Shown here: in pieces, positions 37,607-46,209 of the stretch | Layout of the letters: each line of letters begins with the position of its first letter | Position numbering within the stretch: position 1 is the stretch's first letter | From: Clostridia bacterium | GTDB lineage: Bacteria; Bacillota; Clostridia; Christensenellales; CAG-138 | NCBI GenBank assembly: GCA_036652795.1 | Contig: JAVVVD010000006.1 | Coordinates: 8,164 to 72,163 of the forward strand | Length of the DNA: 64,000 nucleotides | Direction: 5' to 3' | Position numbers and translations under genes: made by a program | Notes under the pieces: model-generated | Told to the model about the DNA's origin: nothing | Databases searched by the model: none | The model's input: the letters and a program-made list of their open reading frames with translations, nothing else

Positions 37607-38611
37607 ATGGCAAGGCAGAAGGGGGGGATGGCGCGGACGCTTACCGCGCCAGGCGCTATGGCAAAGGATACGGGGGTAAAGAGCACAGGCAGGACCATGT
37701 CAAATGAAAATACTGCAAAACAAGAAAAGAAACTTGAGGAATTAAAGGCAAAAGCCGCAGCCGATGAAAAAAAAGCGCGCGAAAAGCGGGAAAGCGCGAA
37801 GACGGGTGCAGCTAAAAAACCACAGGCCGATGCAGGCATTGACGGCGATGCGCTTAAGGGCGTGGTAGCGGCAGCGGGAACGGCGTTGCTTGGCAGCATA
37901 GGCAATAAAAAAACGGGGAAAAGCAAGAAAAAGGCTAAGAAAAAACTAGTATCAGCATTGGTGCTAATAGCGTTGGTGGCCGTGGCCGCATTACTGTTTG
38001 GGCCAAAACTTAAAAGTGTGTTGGGCATAAGTGCGGGCTCCATAATACCAGGTTCGCTGGATGCGATGAAGGCGGATGAGGTGATGGGCTATACCAAGGT
38101 GGATTTTCAAAACGCAATACTGGGCGAGGCGGCCGGCAAAAAAGAGCTTATAGTTATGGAACTGCCCGTGCAGGTGGACAGCGAAGTAAGTCAGGCGCTT
38201 GCAAACATAGAGCTGTTTAAAAAAACAAAGCGCATCCATTCATTTGGCACGGGTGTGTATACGGTTGATATGAGCGGCATAAGCGCGCAAAGCATAACCG
38301 TGGATGACGATGAACGCACTGTTAGCGTGAAAATACCCCATGCAGTGCTGCAATACATAAACAAGGATATTGAAAAAACGGAATTTGAGGATACCGAGCG
38401 CGCGCTGCTGGGGTTAGGGGATTTTAAACTTACGCCGGAGCAGCAGAACCTTGTGGACATATCAATTGAGGCCTCTATGCGCGAGGTGCTGGATAAACAG
38501 GAGCAATACGCAAAGGCGGACGAGTTTGCACTGCTTGAGGTGCGCGAGATATTTCAGCCGCTGATATCCGCTGTAAGCGAAGAATATCTTGTGAAAGTAA
38601 TGATGGATTGA
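37607..38611 (+). CDS. DUF4230-like membrane-anchored protein with Lys/Ala-rich N-terminal region
   Basis: Lys-rich cytoplasmic region, one TM helix (LVSALVLIALVAVAALLF), then a C-terminal domain resembling DUF4230 (ELIVMELPVQVDSEV..., GTGVYTVDMSGI). The start is ambiguous (37598 TTG, 37607, 37628 or 37697 ATG). Confidence 0.45.
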   Translation: MARQKGGMARTLTAPGAMAKDTGVKSTGRTMSNENTAKQEKKLEELKAKAAADEKKAREKRESAKTGAAKKPQADAGIDGDALKGVVAAAGTALLGSIGNKKTGKSKKKAKKKLVSALVLIALVAVAALLFGPKLKSVLGISAGSIIPGSLDAMKADEVMGYTKVDFQNAILGEAAGKKELIVMELPVQVDSEVSQALANIELFKKTKRIHSFGTGVYTVDMSGISAQSITVDDDERTVSVKIPHAVLQYINKDIEKTEFEDTERALLGLGDFKLTPEQQNLVDISIEASMREVLDKQEQYAKADEFALLEVREIFQPLISAVSEEYLVKVMMD

Positions 38612-38717
38612 GAGTATGTGATTGCGCTTTTCGTTATTCCATTATGTATAAAAACGTAGTATAATTTACAAAACAGATCAATGTTGATAACATTGCGATT
38701 AGGAAGGAGCTTATATT

Positions 38718-39083
38718 ATGGGTATTTTTGTGATTCGCGAACATGATTCGGGCCTTTCGTTTGTCCTAAAAGCAGGCAACGGGGAGGTAATCGGCACTTC
38801 TGAAATCTATTCGAGCGAGGCGGCCTGCAAAGGCGGCATAGAGAGCGTAAAGAAGAATGCGCCCATAGCCAAAATAGAGGATCAAACAGCAGAGGGCTAT
38901 GAAACCGTGGCGAACCCAAAATTCGAAATATACAAGGACAAGGCTGATGAATTCCGCTTCCGTCTTAAGGCAAGAAATGGCGAACCTATCCTTGCATCCG
39001 AAGGGTATAAGGCAAAAGCAAGCTGCAAAAACGGCGTGGAGAGCGTGATAAACAACGCTGATTCAAAGGTAGAGAAAGCATAA
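38718..39083 (+). CDS. YegP family protein (tandem DUF1508)
   Basis: Two repeats of F.L+A.NGE.I..SE.Y.S...C..GIESV.+NA. Strong SD (GGAAGGAG). Confidence 0.8.
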   Translation: MGIFVIREHDSGLSFVLKAGNGEVIGTSEIYSSEAACKGGIESVKKNAPIAKIEDQTAEGYETVANPKFEIYKDKADEFRFRLKARNGEPILASEGYKAKASCKNGVESVINNADSKVEKA

Positions 39084-39100
39084 AAGGCAAATGCATATAA

Positions 39101-39145
39101 AAGGGCTGTGGAATATCGAAATCCACAGCCCTTTGTGTTTTTGGG
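39101..39145. terminator. Terminator between convergent genes
   Basis: aagggctgtgga-atatcgaaa-tccacagccctt, followed by tgtgttttt. Confidence 0.75.
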
Positions 39146-39202
39146 TTAGCGCGCAGCTAAATACCTGGCGCATATAGCGCATGAGTAAGTATGAACACGG
39201 TT

Positions 39203-40426
39203 TTATTGTGCCGCAGTGCGCTTGCGGCGTTTGTGGCGAATAATGATGGCGGTTATGAGCGCCGCTGCCCCAATCATCACGACAGCCGCGATTATGCCAA
39301 GCTTGTATACGGATGGTATGGAGTGAGTGGCAAACAGATGGTAACGAAGTGCGTCCAACCCGGATATATCCAGATAATCATTAAAGCTTACTAGCCGGGT
39401 CCTGTAGGCCTTTATGTTATCGGCTGCAAGCTCAACCATACGCACACCGCGAAGGTCAGGGTCGTTATAGCTGCAAAATGTGCTGCCTGGAACTGCCACA
39501 AGGTCTATGCCGCGATGTTCTATTATGAACGTGTTGGTGTGGTCATGCCCGAAAAAAGCTGCGAACACATCGCCTTGCGCTTCCCAAGCTGCGAATTGTC
39601 CGTTATTTACGGCAGGCGGGCATGGTGCTTCGTTTATAGCGCCTGAAATAATAGCGGTAGATTCAGGTGAAAAATATTTTGCCTCACCTACGCCCACGCG
39701 CGATACTGCGCCGGGTGTGTCCTTTTGAACCTCATTGAGCGTATCATATATTTCGGGCACGATTATATGTTGAAATGCTATGGCCGGTATGGGCTTACCA
39801 TACTGCGCTTGCAGCGATTCGGCGGTGGCGGAGCACCACGCTATTTGCTCTTTGGAAACACAGGCATAATTTCCGTCAGCATCATAGTCAAGCGAATCAA
39901 TAAGATAAAGATTAACAAGCGGCGTTTTACCGTCCGCATCATATACAAGCAGATTATATGTGCCTGCACCGGGCATGCATTCCCCCTCGTCGACGGCAAG
40001 GCAGTTTGGATAGTCACGATATAGCTCGATTAGCCGTTCACGCGACAAACCCGATTCTGCATCGTGATTGCCAAGCACAACGGCAAACGGTATGTTACGC
40101 TGCACCATTGGCGTAACTATGTTGCGTATTGCATCGGCGGCATTTTTATCTGCGTCACCCAGCTTCATGCAGGGCCGCCAGGCCTCAAGCTGATCGCCTA
40201 GCAGTATTACCATATCTGGCGCTTCGTCATCAAGAACTGCATTGAAAGCGGATAGAAAAAATTTTGATGTAAAGCGTATATCCTGCACGTCTGATACAAG
40301 CATTATACGGAAACCGCCGTCATCCGTGAAACGGAGTTGGCTATTTTGTGCTGCCATCGCACTGTGTATCGGAAGCAGCATAATTACGGCGAGAGCACAG
40401 GCAAGTATTTTTTTTACATTTTTCAT
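39203..40426 (-). CDS. Exported calcineurin-like metallophosphoesterase with C-terminal membrane anchor
   Basis: Signal peptide (LPIHSAMA), MLVSDVQD, LLGDQLE, LGNHD and FGHDHTN motifs. The C-terminus has a TM helix plus an RHKRRKR tail. Confidence 0.75.
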   Translation of the reverse strand: MKNVKKILACALAVIMLLPIHSAMAAQNSQLRFTDDGGFRIMLVSDVQDIRFTSKFFLSAFNAVLDDEAPDMVILLGDQLEAWRPCMKLGDADKNAADAIRNIVTPMVQRNIPFAVVLGNHDAESGLSRERLIELYRDYPNCLAVDEGECMPGAGTYNLLVYDADGKTPLVNLYLIDSLDYDADGNYACVSKEQIAWCSATAESLQAQYGKPIPAIAFQHIIVPEIYDTLNEVQKDTPGAVSRVGVGEAKYFSPESTAIISGAINEAPCPPAVNNGQFAAWEAQGDVFAAFFGHDHTNTFIIEHRGIDLVAVPGSTFCSYNDPDLRGVRMVELAADNIKAYRTRLVSFNDYLDISGLDALRYHLFATHSIPSVYKLGIIAAVVMIGAAALITAIIIRHKRRKRTAAQ

Positions 40427-40724
40427 ATAAATACCATCCCAATTAATTATTGCTTTTGCAACTGAGCATAACCGGCGAAATCATTTGTTGACATGATATC
40501 GGCATCAAATGCGTATCCTATCCATACATATATTAGCGTATTTTTCATATGAGTGCAAACTTTGCGCAAAAGCATGGAACTAAATTGACCAGCCAATGCA
40601 TGATGATAAAAATTATGCAGCATGTGCACTTTGATTAGCGAATCACAATATAAAACATCGAATAGTGCATAGTTTAGCTGTTGCCTGAATATCCTAAGCT
40701 GGAATAAGCTTTGGAGGTATATGC

Positions 40725-41564
40725 GTGAAAAAGACACTTGTGCTATTGATAGTAACAATTTTACTATGCACATCATATCTAACATCTGCTTTGGCATATG
40801 GCGTACAGGGCCAAATACAGATGCAAAATAATCATGACGACGATTATGACGACGATTATGACGACGATCATGACGACGATTATGATGACGACCATGACGA
40901 CGATTATGACGACGACCATGACGACGATTATGATGATGATCATGACGGCGACCATGGAGAAAAGACGCCCAAGCCCACACGTTCGCCTAAGCCCACACGC
41001 TCGCCTAAGCCCACATGTACACCCAAGCCTACATGTTCGCCTAGACCTACGTGCACATCAAGACCTACGTGCACACCAAAACCCACGTGCACACCAAGGC
41101 CTACGTGCACACCAAAACCCACGTGCACACCAAAACCTACGTGTACACCAAAACCTACACCAACTCCGGAAGTAACGCCGCCACCACCGCCGACGCCCAC
41201 ACCAACTCCGGAAGTAACGCCGCCACCACCGCCGACGCCTACACCAACTCCGGAAGTAACGCCGCCGCCACCGCCGACGCCTACACCAACTCCGGAAGTA
41301 ACGCCGCCACCGCCGCCGACGCCCACACCAACTCCGGAAGTAACGCCGCCACCACCGCCGACGCCTACACCAACGCCGCCGCCACCGCCGCCGACATTTA
41401 CACCAAAGCCGTCTCCGCGGCCGGATCCAACAGAAAAACCGGAAATACCTGGAACGCCGCAAACAGGAGATATAATGCCTACTATGCTGCTTGGTGGTCT
41501 TAGCGCAATAAGCATGGCGGCAACGATTATAAGCTATGTAAGCTATAGACGTAAAAAAGACTGA
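40725..41564 (+). CDS. Repeat-only, probably sortase-anchored surface protein (HDDD/YDDD tract, KPTCTP x10, [14 protein letters not shown] x5)
   Basis: GTG start 7 nt after GGAGG. Signal peptide ...TSALA|YG. C-terminal TPQTG, then a hydrophobic stretch and RRKKD, which is the layout of a sorting signal. Confidence 0.75.
   Translation: MKKTLVLLIVTILLCTSYLTSALAYGVQGQIQMQNNHDDDYDDDYDDDHDDDYDDDHDDDYDDDHDDDYDDDHDGDHGEKTPKPTRSPKPTRSPKPTCTPKPTCSPRPTCTSRPTCTPKPTCTPRPTCTPKPTCTPKPTCTPKPTPTPEVTPPPPPTPTPTPEVTPPPPPTPTPTPEVTPPPPPTPTPTPEVTPPPPPTPTPTPEVTPPPPPTPTPTPPPPPPTFTPKPSPRPDPTEKPEIPGTPQTGDIMPTMLLGGLSAISMAATIISYVSYRRKKD
40833..40952 (+). repeat. 12/24-bp tandem repeat encoding (H/Y)DDD x10
   Basis: Units catgacgacgat / tatgacgacgat are repeated with minor third-position changes. 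Confidence 0.9.
40971..41150 (+). repeat. 18-bp tandem repeat x10 encoding (K/R)PT(R/C)(S/T)P
   Basis: aagcccacacgttcgcct ... aaacctacgtgtacacca. The first two units encode Arg and the last eight encode Cys at position 4. Confidence 0.9.
41157..41366 (+). repeat. 42-bp tandem repeat x5 encoding [14 protein letters not shown]
   Basis: acaccaactccggaagtaacgccgccaccaccgccgacgcc(c/t), five near-identical copies. Confidence 0.95.
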
Positions 41565-41670
41565 CAGCCATAGCCAATGCAGGCTGAGATAGATGATGCA
41601 CAGGGGTGTCGGGGCTTGAAAATAACGACACCTCCTTGTGCTTTGCTTTAGCTAATTTGTGTTTGCGCAT

Positions 41671-41716
41671 AAAGGTTTGCCGCTAAACTTAAGTTTACTG
41701 CAGCAAACCTTTTGTA
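41671..41716 (+). terminator. Long interrupted hairpin terminator downstream of the repeat protein gene
   Basis: aaaggtttgc ... taaactt/aagttta ... gcaaaccttt, followed by tgt. Confidence 0.5.
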
Positions 41717-42075
41717 GGCCTTATGATTGATTTTAAATTCATGGATTGCTGGAGATTATCGGGGGATACAGAGCCAATTAATTATATCGCAAAAAACATT
41801 AGCCTTATGGCATTCCGGGCTATTGTGGTGGTGATGCTGGCGTTATATGGCCGCGATACAGTGCTGATACCAGCTTTTATCTATGCGTTTGGTAGACCGA
41901 TATGCTGTGGAGGGAAGTAATTTGAAGCTTGAGTAGTTATGAACTCCGTATTAACAATAATGAAACACTACCATAAGCATGATATATATGGCGCCACAGA
42001 TGCTATAATGTCTGAGCGCGGATGAAGTGAAGTGTAAAAAGTACGCGTTTAAAACAAAAAAATTGGAGGTTGCTT

Positions 42076-42783
42076 ATGAAGAAAACATGCATTGCGATGC
42101 TCCTGGTCTGTGGTATGTTGATGACTGCCTGTAACGCAGCAGTGCCGTCCGGTGCACAGACGGGGACGGATATACTCGTGCCAAACGGAACAGCCCAGCC
42201 AAAGGTATCGTCTACGCCGACTGACGTATTGCCTACGCCGACGGACGTATCTACGGAGCCAATACCGGATGAGGTGGAGCAAAAGCTTAATGCAATGATG
42301 CCTGCGCTGGATTCAGTTATGCGCGCGATGGGCGAACAGACGGAGTATGCCCCAAAGGATCAGAATTTCTTTTGGTCCACACTGTATCTTATGGGTGCGA
42401 ACTGGTCTAAGGTTAATGCGCTGATAGAGTTAAAGGACGGGAAGATTCAAGTGCCGCACAAGGTGATGCAGGAGTTTGCGACTGGCGCATTCCTTGATTA
42501 CGGCGATCTTTTGCCGCTCCCTTCTTCTATGGAAGGCTCAATTAAGTATGATGAAGGCATGGATAAGTACGTGCTTTCTGCTTCAGATGCAGGGGATGCA
42601 TACGCGATGCTGGGCGAGCATACGCTCAACGCGGATGGAAGTATAACGCTTAGCGCGAGCCTGCTTGATTGGAATGATACGACAATCGGCACCTACACAT
42701 TTGAGTTAAAGGCTAATCCGTATGTCGATGGCATTACGGAACCTATATTCTATTATAGCATAGCATCTGCAAAGGCAGAATGA
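42076..42783 (+). CDS. Hypothetical lipoprotein
   Basis: GGAGG lies 6 nt before the ATG at 42076. MKKTCIAMLLVCGMLMTAC lipobox, then a Pro/Thr linker. Confidence 0.65.
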   Translation: MKKTCIAMLLVCGMLMTACNAAVPSGAQTGTDILVPNGTAQPKVSSTPTDVLPTPTDVSTEPIPDEVEQKLNAMMPALDSVMRAMGEQTEYAPKDQNFFWSTLYLMGANWSKVNALIELKDGKIQVPHKVMQEFATGAFLDYGDLLPLPSSMEGSIKYDEGMDKYVLSASDAGDAYAMLGEHTLNADGSITLSASLLDWNDTTIGTYTFELKANPYVDGITEPIFYYSIASAKAE

Positions 42784-42820
42784 TGGCGCAACAAGCTTGA
42801 ATAAGCAAAGCAAATCGCAA

Positions 42821-42865
42821 AAATCCGCCTTATCGCTTTAAGCGGCAGGGCGGATTTTTATTTAA
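42821..42865. terminator. Terminator between convergent genes
   Basis: aaatccgcc...ggcggattt with inner cgct-ttaa-gcgg, followed by ttatttaatt. Confidence 0.7.
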
Positions 42866-42935
42866 TTGATAACGGGAATGGAAATTATCCGATCTGAATT
42901 TTTATAGGTGTACAAACGTATGTGCAGACCAATTA

Positions 42936-43616
42936 TTATAATATATACTTAACAATATTTGTGATGTCGCTAACAACGTGCGCTTTAGTGGCCAACAATG
43001 TTTGGACGCTCTGATGTCCCTTTGCAATCAATATGCAATCGCAGCCTATGGCTTGGGATACCTCAAAATCATGGATAGTATCGCCAATAAAAAGGGCTTT
43101 TGTGCAATCAACATCATGCGCGCTAACCCAGCTTTTTGCCAGCTCCACTTTGCTTTCTGCATGGTGATCGTCTATCCCTAGAACATAGTCAAAATATTTT
43201 GCCATCTCAAATGGCGCCATCTGCTGCTTCAGATGGTTTATTTCCGTTACAGAAACAATTAGCTGCTGTATGCCGCCGGCGTTCTTAATGCGCCGTATAA
43301 CATCGATTGCACCATCATAGAGCTTACATTGGCTGCAAGCTACGGCATATTTTTCGATGAAGGTTGTGGCAAGGGTATCAAAGGTATCCTTTTCAAAATC
43401 AAAGTGTAGCTTTGCATAGTACTCTTTTACAGGGAAACAAAACAATGCCCTGTATCTATCTATATCGGAAATTGGTCTGAGATTTTTTTGCAGCAAAATC
43501 TCGTTCATAACGCTGATACATACCGACATATCATTAAAAAGCGTTCCGTTCCAATCCCACATTATATGCCTGTATTTCAATATATTACCCCACAAAAAAT
43601 CTGCACGCTCCCGCAT
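42936..43616 (-). CDS. HAD-superfamily hydrolase (subfamily IA-like)
   Basis: Motif I-like IMWDWNGTLFND and FIGDTIHD (motif IV). The start is uncertain: 43616 lies in a hairpin loop, and 43562 is the alternative. Confidence 0.6.
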   Translation of the reverse strand: MRERADFLWGNILKYRHIMWDWNGTLFNDMSVCISVMNEILLQKNLRPISDIDRYRALFCFPVKEYYAKLHFDFEKDTFDTLATTFIEKYAVACSQCKLYDGAIDVIRRIKNAGGIQQLIVSVTEINHLKQQMAPFEMAKYFDYVLGIDDHHAESKVELAKSWVSAHDVDCTKALFIGDTIHDFEVSQAIGCDCILIAKGHQSVQTLLATKAHVVSDITNIVKYIL

Positions 43617-43672
43617 TGGCTTTAGGGAGCGTGCCCTGTGCCTATGATATTAATGCTAAAGGCTGATTGCGC

Positions 43673-44635
43673 TTATGGCTTCTTATATAGCTGGCGGTTA
43701 TCCAACGCCCACTGACGCTCAGTAAATTCGCCGCCCTTGGCTGCGGACAGCGCATCATACATCTCAAAAAGCTTGGAGTCAATCAGATCCAACTCGCTAA
43801 CGATCTGCGCCTCGGGGAACATCGGGTAGCGTGGGCTGCCGAATTCCGGCTGGTTGTGGTGGGATAGCAGTATGTGCTGCACTTGAAGCTTTGTTTCATC
43901 ATCTATCATAAGCTCCGCCGCGGCACGCTCAATGTTGGCCACGCCCATGCTGATATGTCCAAGCAGCTGCCCGCATTTGCTGTAACTGCCGGCAAGCCCA
44001 AGCTCGCCTACTACAAGCTCATCCACCTTGGAAATGTCGTGAAGTATTATGCCGGCGTATACAAGCTCGCGGTCTATCGGATATAGCTTGCCATACACGT
44101 CGCACAGCGCCTTTGCGCCTTCAAGCATTGTGCAGGTATGATATAGCAGACCTGCGCGCACAGCGTGGTGCAGCTTTAATGCGGCGGGCCATTTAATCAG
44201 CTTTTCGTGGTTCTCACGCAGTATATACTGGGTGAGCATACGAAGATCAGCGTTTGTAAAATTCTCGGCTGTGGCGAACAGTTCGTCATACATCTCCTGC
44301 CCGGGGCGTGGCGCGCAAGGGACAAGCTCTGCCATATCCACATTGTCATCGGCGGCCAGATTGCGTATGCGGTCTATCTTGAGCTGCTCGGCATCTTTCC
44401 AAAGGTTTATCGTGGCGCGGATTTTTATTACAGTATCAGGATAGTATTGGCCGTGCTGTTCCACAGAATAGTCCCACAGCTTTGCATCCACCTCGCCGCC
44501 CGCATCGCATAGAACAAGGTCAAGATAATCACTGCCCTTAACATTGCTTTTTAGGGTGACGCTTTTGATTATGCAATAGCCCTCCACCTGTGTGTTGCCG
44601 CTTGAAAATTTGTTTAGCAGCTTCATTCTGCCCAT
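43673..44635 (-). CDS. yhaM: 3'-5' exoribonuclease YhaM (OB-fold + HD domain)
   Basis: OB-fold N-terminus (GYCIIKSVTLKSNVKGSDYLDLVLCD) and an HD domain (LLYHTCTM..., ILHDISK). GGAGG lies 8 nt before the ATG at 44635. Confidence 0.8.
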   Translation of the reverse strand: MGRMKLLNKFSSGNTQVEGYCIIKSVTLKSNVKGSDYLDLVLCDAGGEVDAKLWDYSVEQHGQYYPDTVIKIRATINLWKDAEQLKIDRIRNLAADDNVDMAELVPCAPRPGQEMYDELFATAENFTNADLRMLTQYILRENHEKLIKWPAALKLHHAVRAGLLYHTCTMLEGAKALCDVYGKLYPIDRELVYAGIILHDISKVDELVVGELGLAGSYSKCGQLLGHISMGVANIERAAAELMIDDETKLQVQHILLSHHNQPEFGSPRYPMFPEAQIVSELDLIDSKLFEMYDALSAAKGGEFTERQWALDNRQLYKKP

Positions 44636-44778
44636 AACCATTACCTCCTGTGTTGTGGCATACGCCTTTATATAGTTCAATTTAGTTAGTATATCAGAAA
44701 CCGGATGCGAATAAAACAACAAACGGTCTGCCGAAAGCAATTGACCGGCAGACCGTATATATTTAGTTTGAATTGCCG

Positions 44779-45528
44779 TTATACCATACAGAGCAATATT
44801 TCCACAAGCTCTGCGTACTCAAGTACGTCGGCCTTTACGAGAACATATTCCGTATCGGAGGTTTGCCACAGCGCCCAAATCTGTGTATCGCCGGCGTCTG
44901 TGCGCACATCTTTCATGCATACTTGACCTATTTCGATTATTGGCGCATCACAGGGGAATTTGGTATAGCTGCACTTGCCGATTGTCTCGCCATTACCGTA
45001 GAATGCCGCACAGCTATCGAGGTTTGGCACGCCTATGGTGTACAGACGGCTGCTGCTCAAGGAAGGAAATAACTCGACCATCGTCTGCTCGTCCGTTGTT
45101 CCGGCGGTAGCGTTACTCGTTGAATAGCTTCCCAAGTCTTCGCCACTTTCTGCTAAGCTATCATCCACAATGCCGCAACCACTTGGTGCAGGCTGCTTTG
45201 GATCTGGCACTGCACAGGCGTCCGCTACTGGTGTGGGTTGATTTGGCGCTGGCGCCGCATAGGAGGCTGACTGTGGTTGGCTTGCGGGCGCGGGGGCAGA
45301 CTCAGAGCGGGCAAACTTATCGTTTTGGCCATGGGTGGTCATCATAACGCCAACGCCTATAAGCAGCACAAATGCGGCAGCAGCACTTAAGGTGCGTGTA
45401 AGCGACCATGTGTGTTTTGTGCGTTTAATTTGCTCGGCGGCAATGGCGGCGTGCAGCGCATCAAAATCCACCGCTGCATTTTCCACATCGGCAATATTTT
45501 GCATAAGCTCGTCAAATTTGTCAGCCAT
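44779..45528 (-). CDS. Putative anti-sigma factor (single-pass membrane protein)
   Basis: Overlaps the sigma gene stop by 8 nt. Short cytoplasmic N-terminus, one TM helix, a Pro/Ala-rich linker and an extracytoplasmic domain. Confidence 0.5.
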   Translation of the reverse strand: MADKFDELMQNIADVENAAVDFDALHAAIAAEQIKRTKHTWSLTRTLSAAAAFVLLIGVGVMMTTHGQNDKFARSESAPAPASQPQSASYAAPAPNQPTPVADACAVPDPKQPAPSGCGIVDDSLAESGEDLGSYSTSNATAGTTDEQTMVELFPSLSSSRLYTIGVPNLDSCAAFYGNGETIGKCSYTKFPCDAPIIEIGQVCMKDVRTDAGDTQIWALWQTSDTEYVLVKADVLEYAELVEILLCMV

Positions 45529-46036
45529 TGCTCACACCTTCTTTCAACAGGACGCAGAGCTTTTCTTTGGCTCGAAACATCCTGGATTTAATCGTCCCTT
45601 CGGTGGTGCCTGTAAGCTCCGCTATTTCCACATAGCCAAGGCCGGAAAAATAATGGAGTATTACAGTTTCACGGTACACATCTGGTAATGTGTCTATAGC
45701 GCTGCGCACTATCAGGCGCTTTTCAGCAGATAGCGCCGCGGGTTCAGGCAGCACGGCTTCGTCCGTGGCCACCATATCTATATCCTCATCCATGAGCAGC
45801 TCGCGCGAAAGCTTGCGCTTGCCGTCCAAACAAAGGTTTACCGTAACGCGATACAACCATCCCCTAAGCTGCGGGTCGGTCATAGTCTCCAGTTTTTTGA
45901 TGTGCTTGAGCACCCGTAAAAATACATTTTGCGAAGCGTCCATAGCGTCCTGAGCGGACTTGGTCACGCCGTACGCCGTCCAATACACCAGCCGCGAAAA
46001 ATCAGTATATATGGACTCGAAATCCCGAGTGGGCAT
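45521..46036 (-). CDS. ECF-type RNA polymerase sigma-70 family factor
   Basis: Region 2 (VYWTAYGVTKSAQDAMDASQNVFLRV) and region 4 HTH (GLGYVEIAELTGTTEGTIKSRMFRAKEKL). GAGGAAGG lies 9 nt before the ATG at 46036. Confidence 0.85.
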   Translation of the reverse strand: MPTRDFESIYTDFSRLVYWTAYGVTKSAQDAMDASQNVFLRVLKHIKKLETMTDPQLRGWLYRVTVNLCLDGKRKLSRELLMDEDIDMVATDEAVLPEPAALSAEKRLIVRSAIDTLPDVYRETVILHYFSGLGYVEIAELTGTTEGTIKSRMFRAKEKLCVLLKEGVSNG

Positions 46037-46209
46037 ATCCGTGCGCCTTCCTCTCATCAGTAATAATACGCAGTAAGCGCATATAAGGTTGCATAGATTA
46101 TATCACATACACAAAAATACACAAATACAGTTGCCATCCGTGTGGAATGAGATTAGAATGGATAAGTTATAAAGATTGAGACATTGTCTTTTATTTTAAG
46201 GGGGGCATT

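Noticed and set aside
40447-40980. 177-aa minus-strand ORF with a striking His/Arg-rich N-terminus ([13 protein letters not shown]...)
   Set aside because: The His/Arg tract is simply the antisense reading of the HDDD/YDDD repeat of the plus-strand surface protein gene. The plus-strand gene has a GGAGG SD, a signal peptide and a sorting signal. The remainder of this ORF has no SD or recognisable fold.
40798-41515. Several long overlapping ORFs (40798-41175 +, 41051-41503 +, 40940-41515 -, 41058-41462 -)
   Set aside because: They are alternative-frame and antisense translations of the 18-bp and 42-bp tandem repeats. Stop-free frames are expected in such low-complexity DNA.
41723-41920. 65-aa ORF in the 500-bp gap after the repeat protein gene
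   Set aside because: It has no SD or promoter-like element and no recognisable family. One hydrophobic stretch is not sufficient support, so it is left uncalled.
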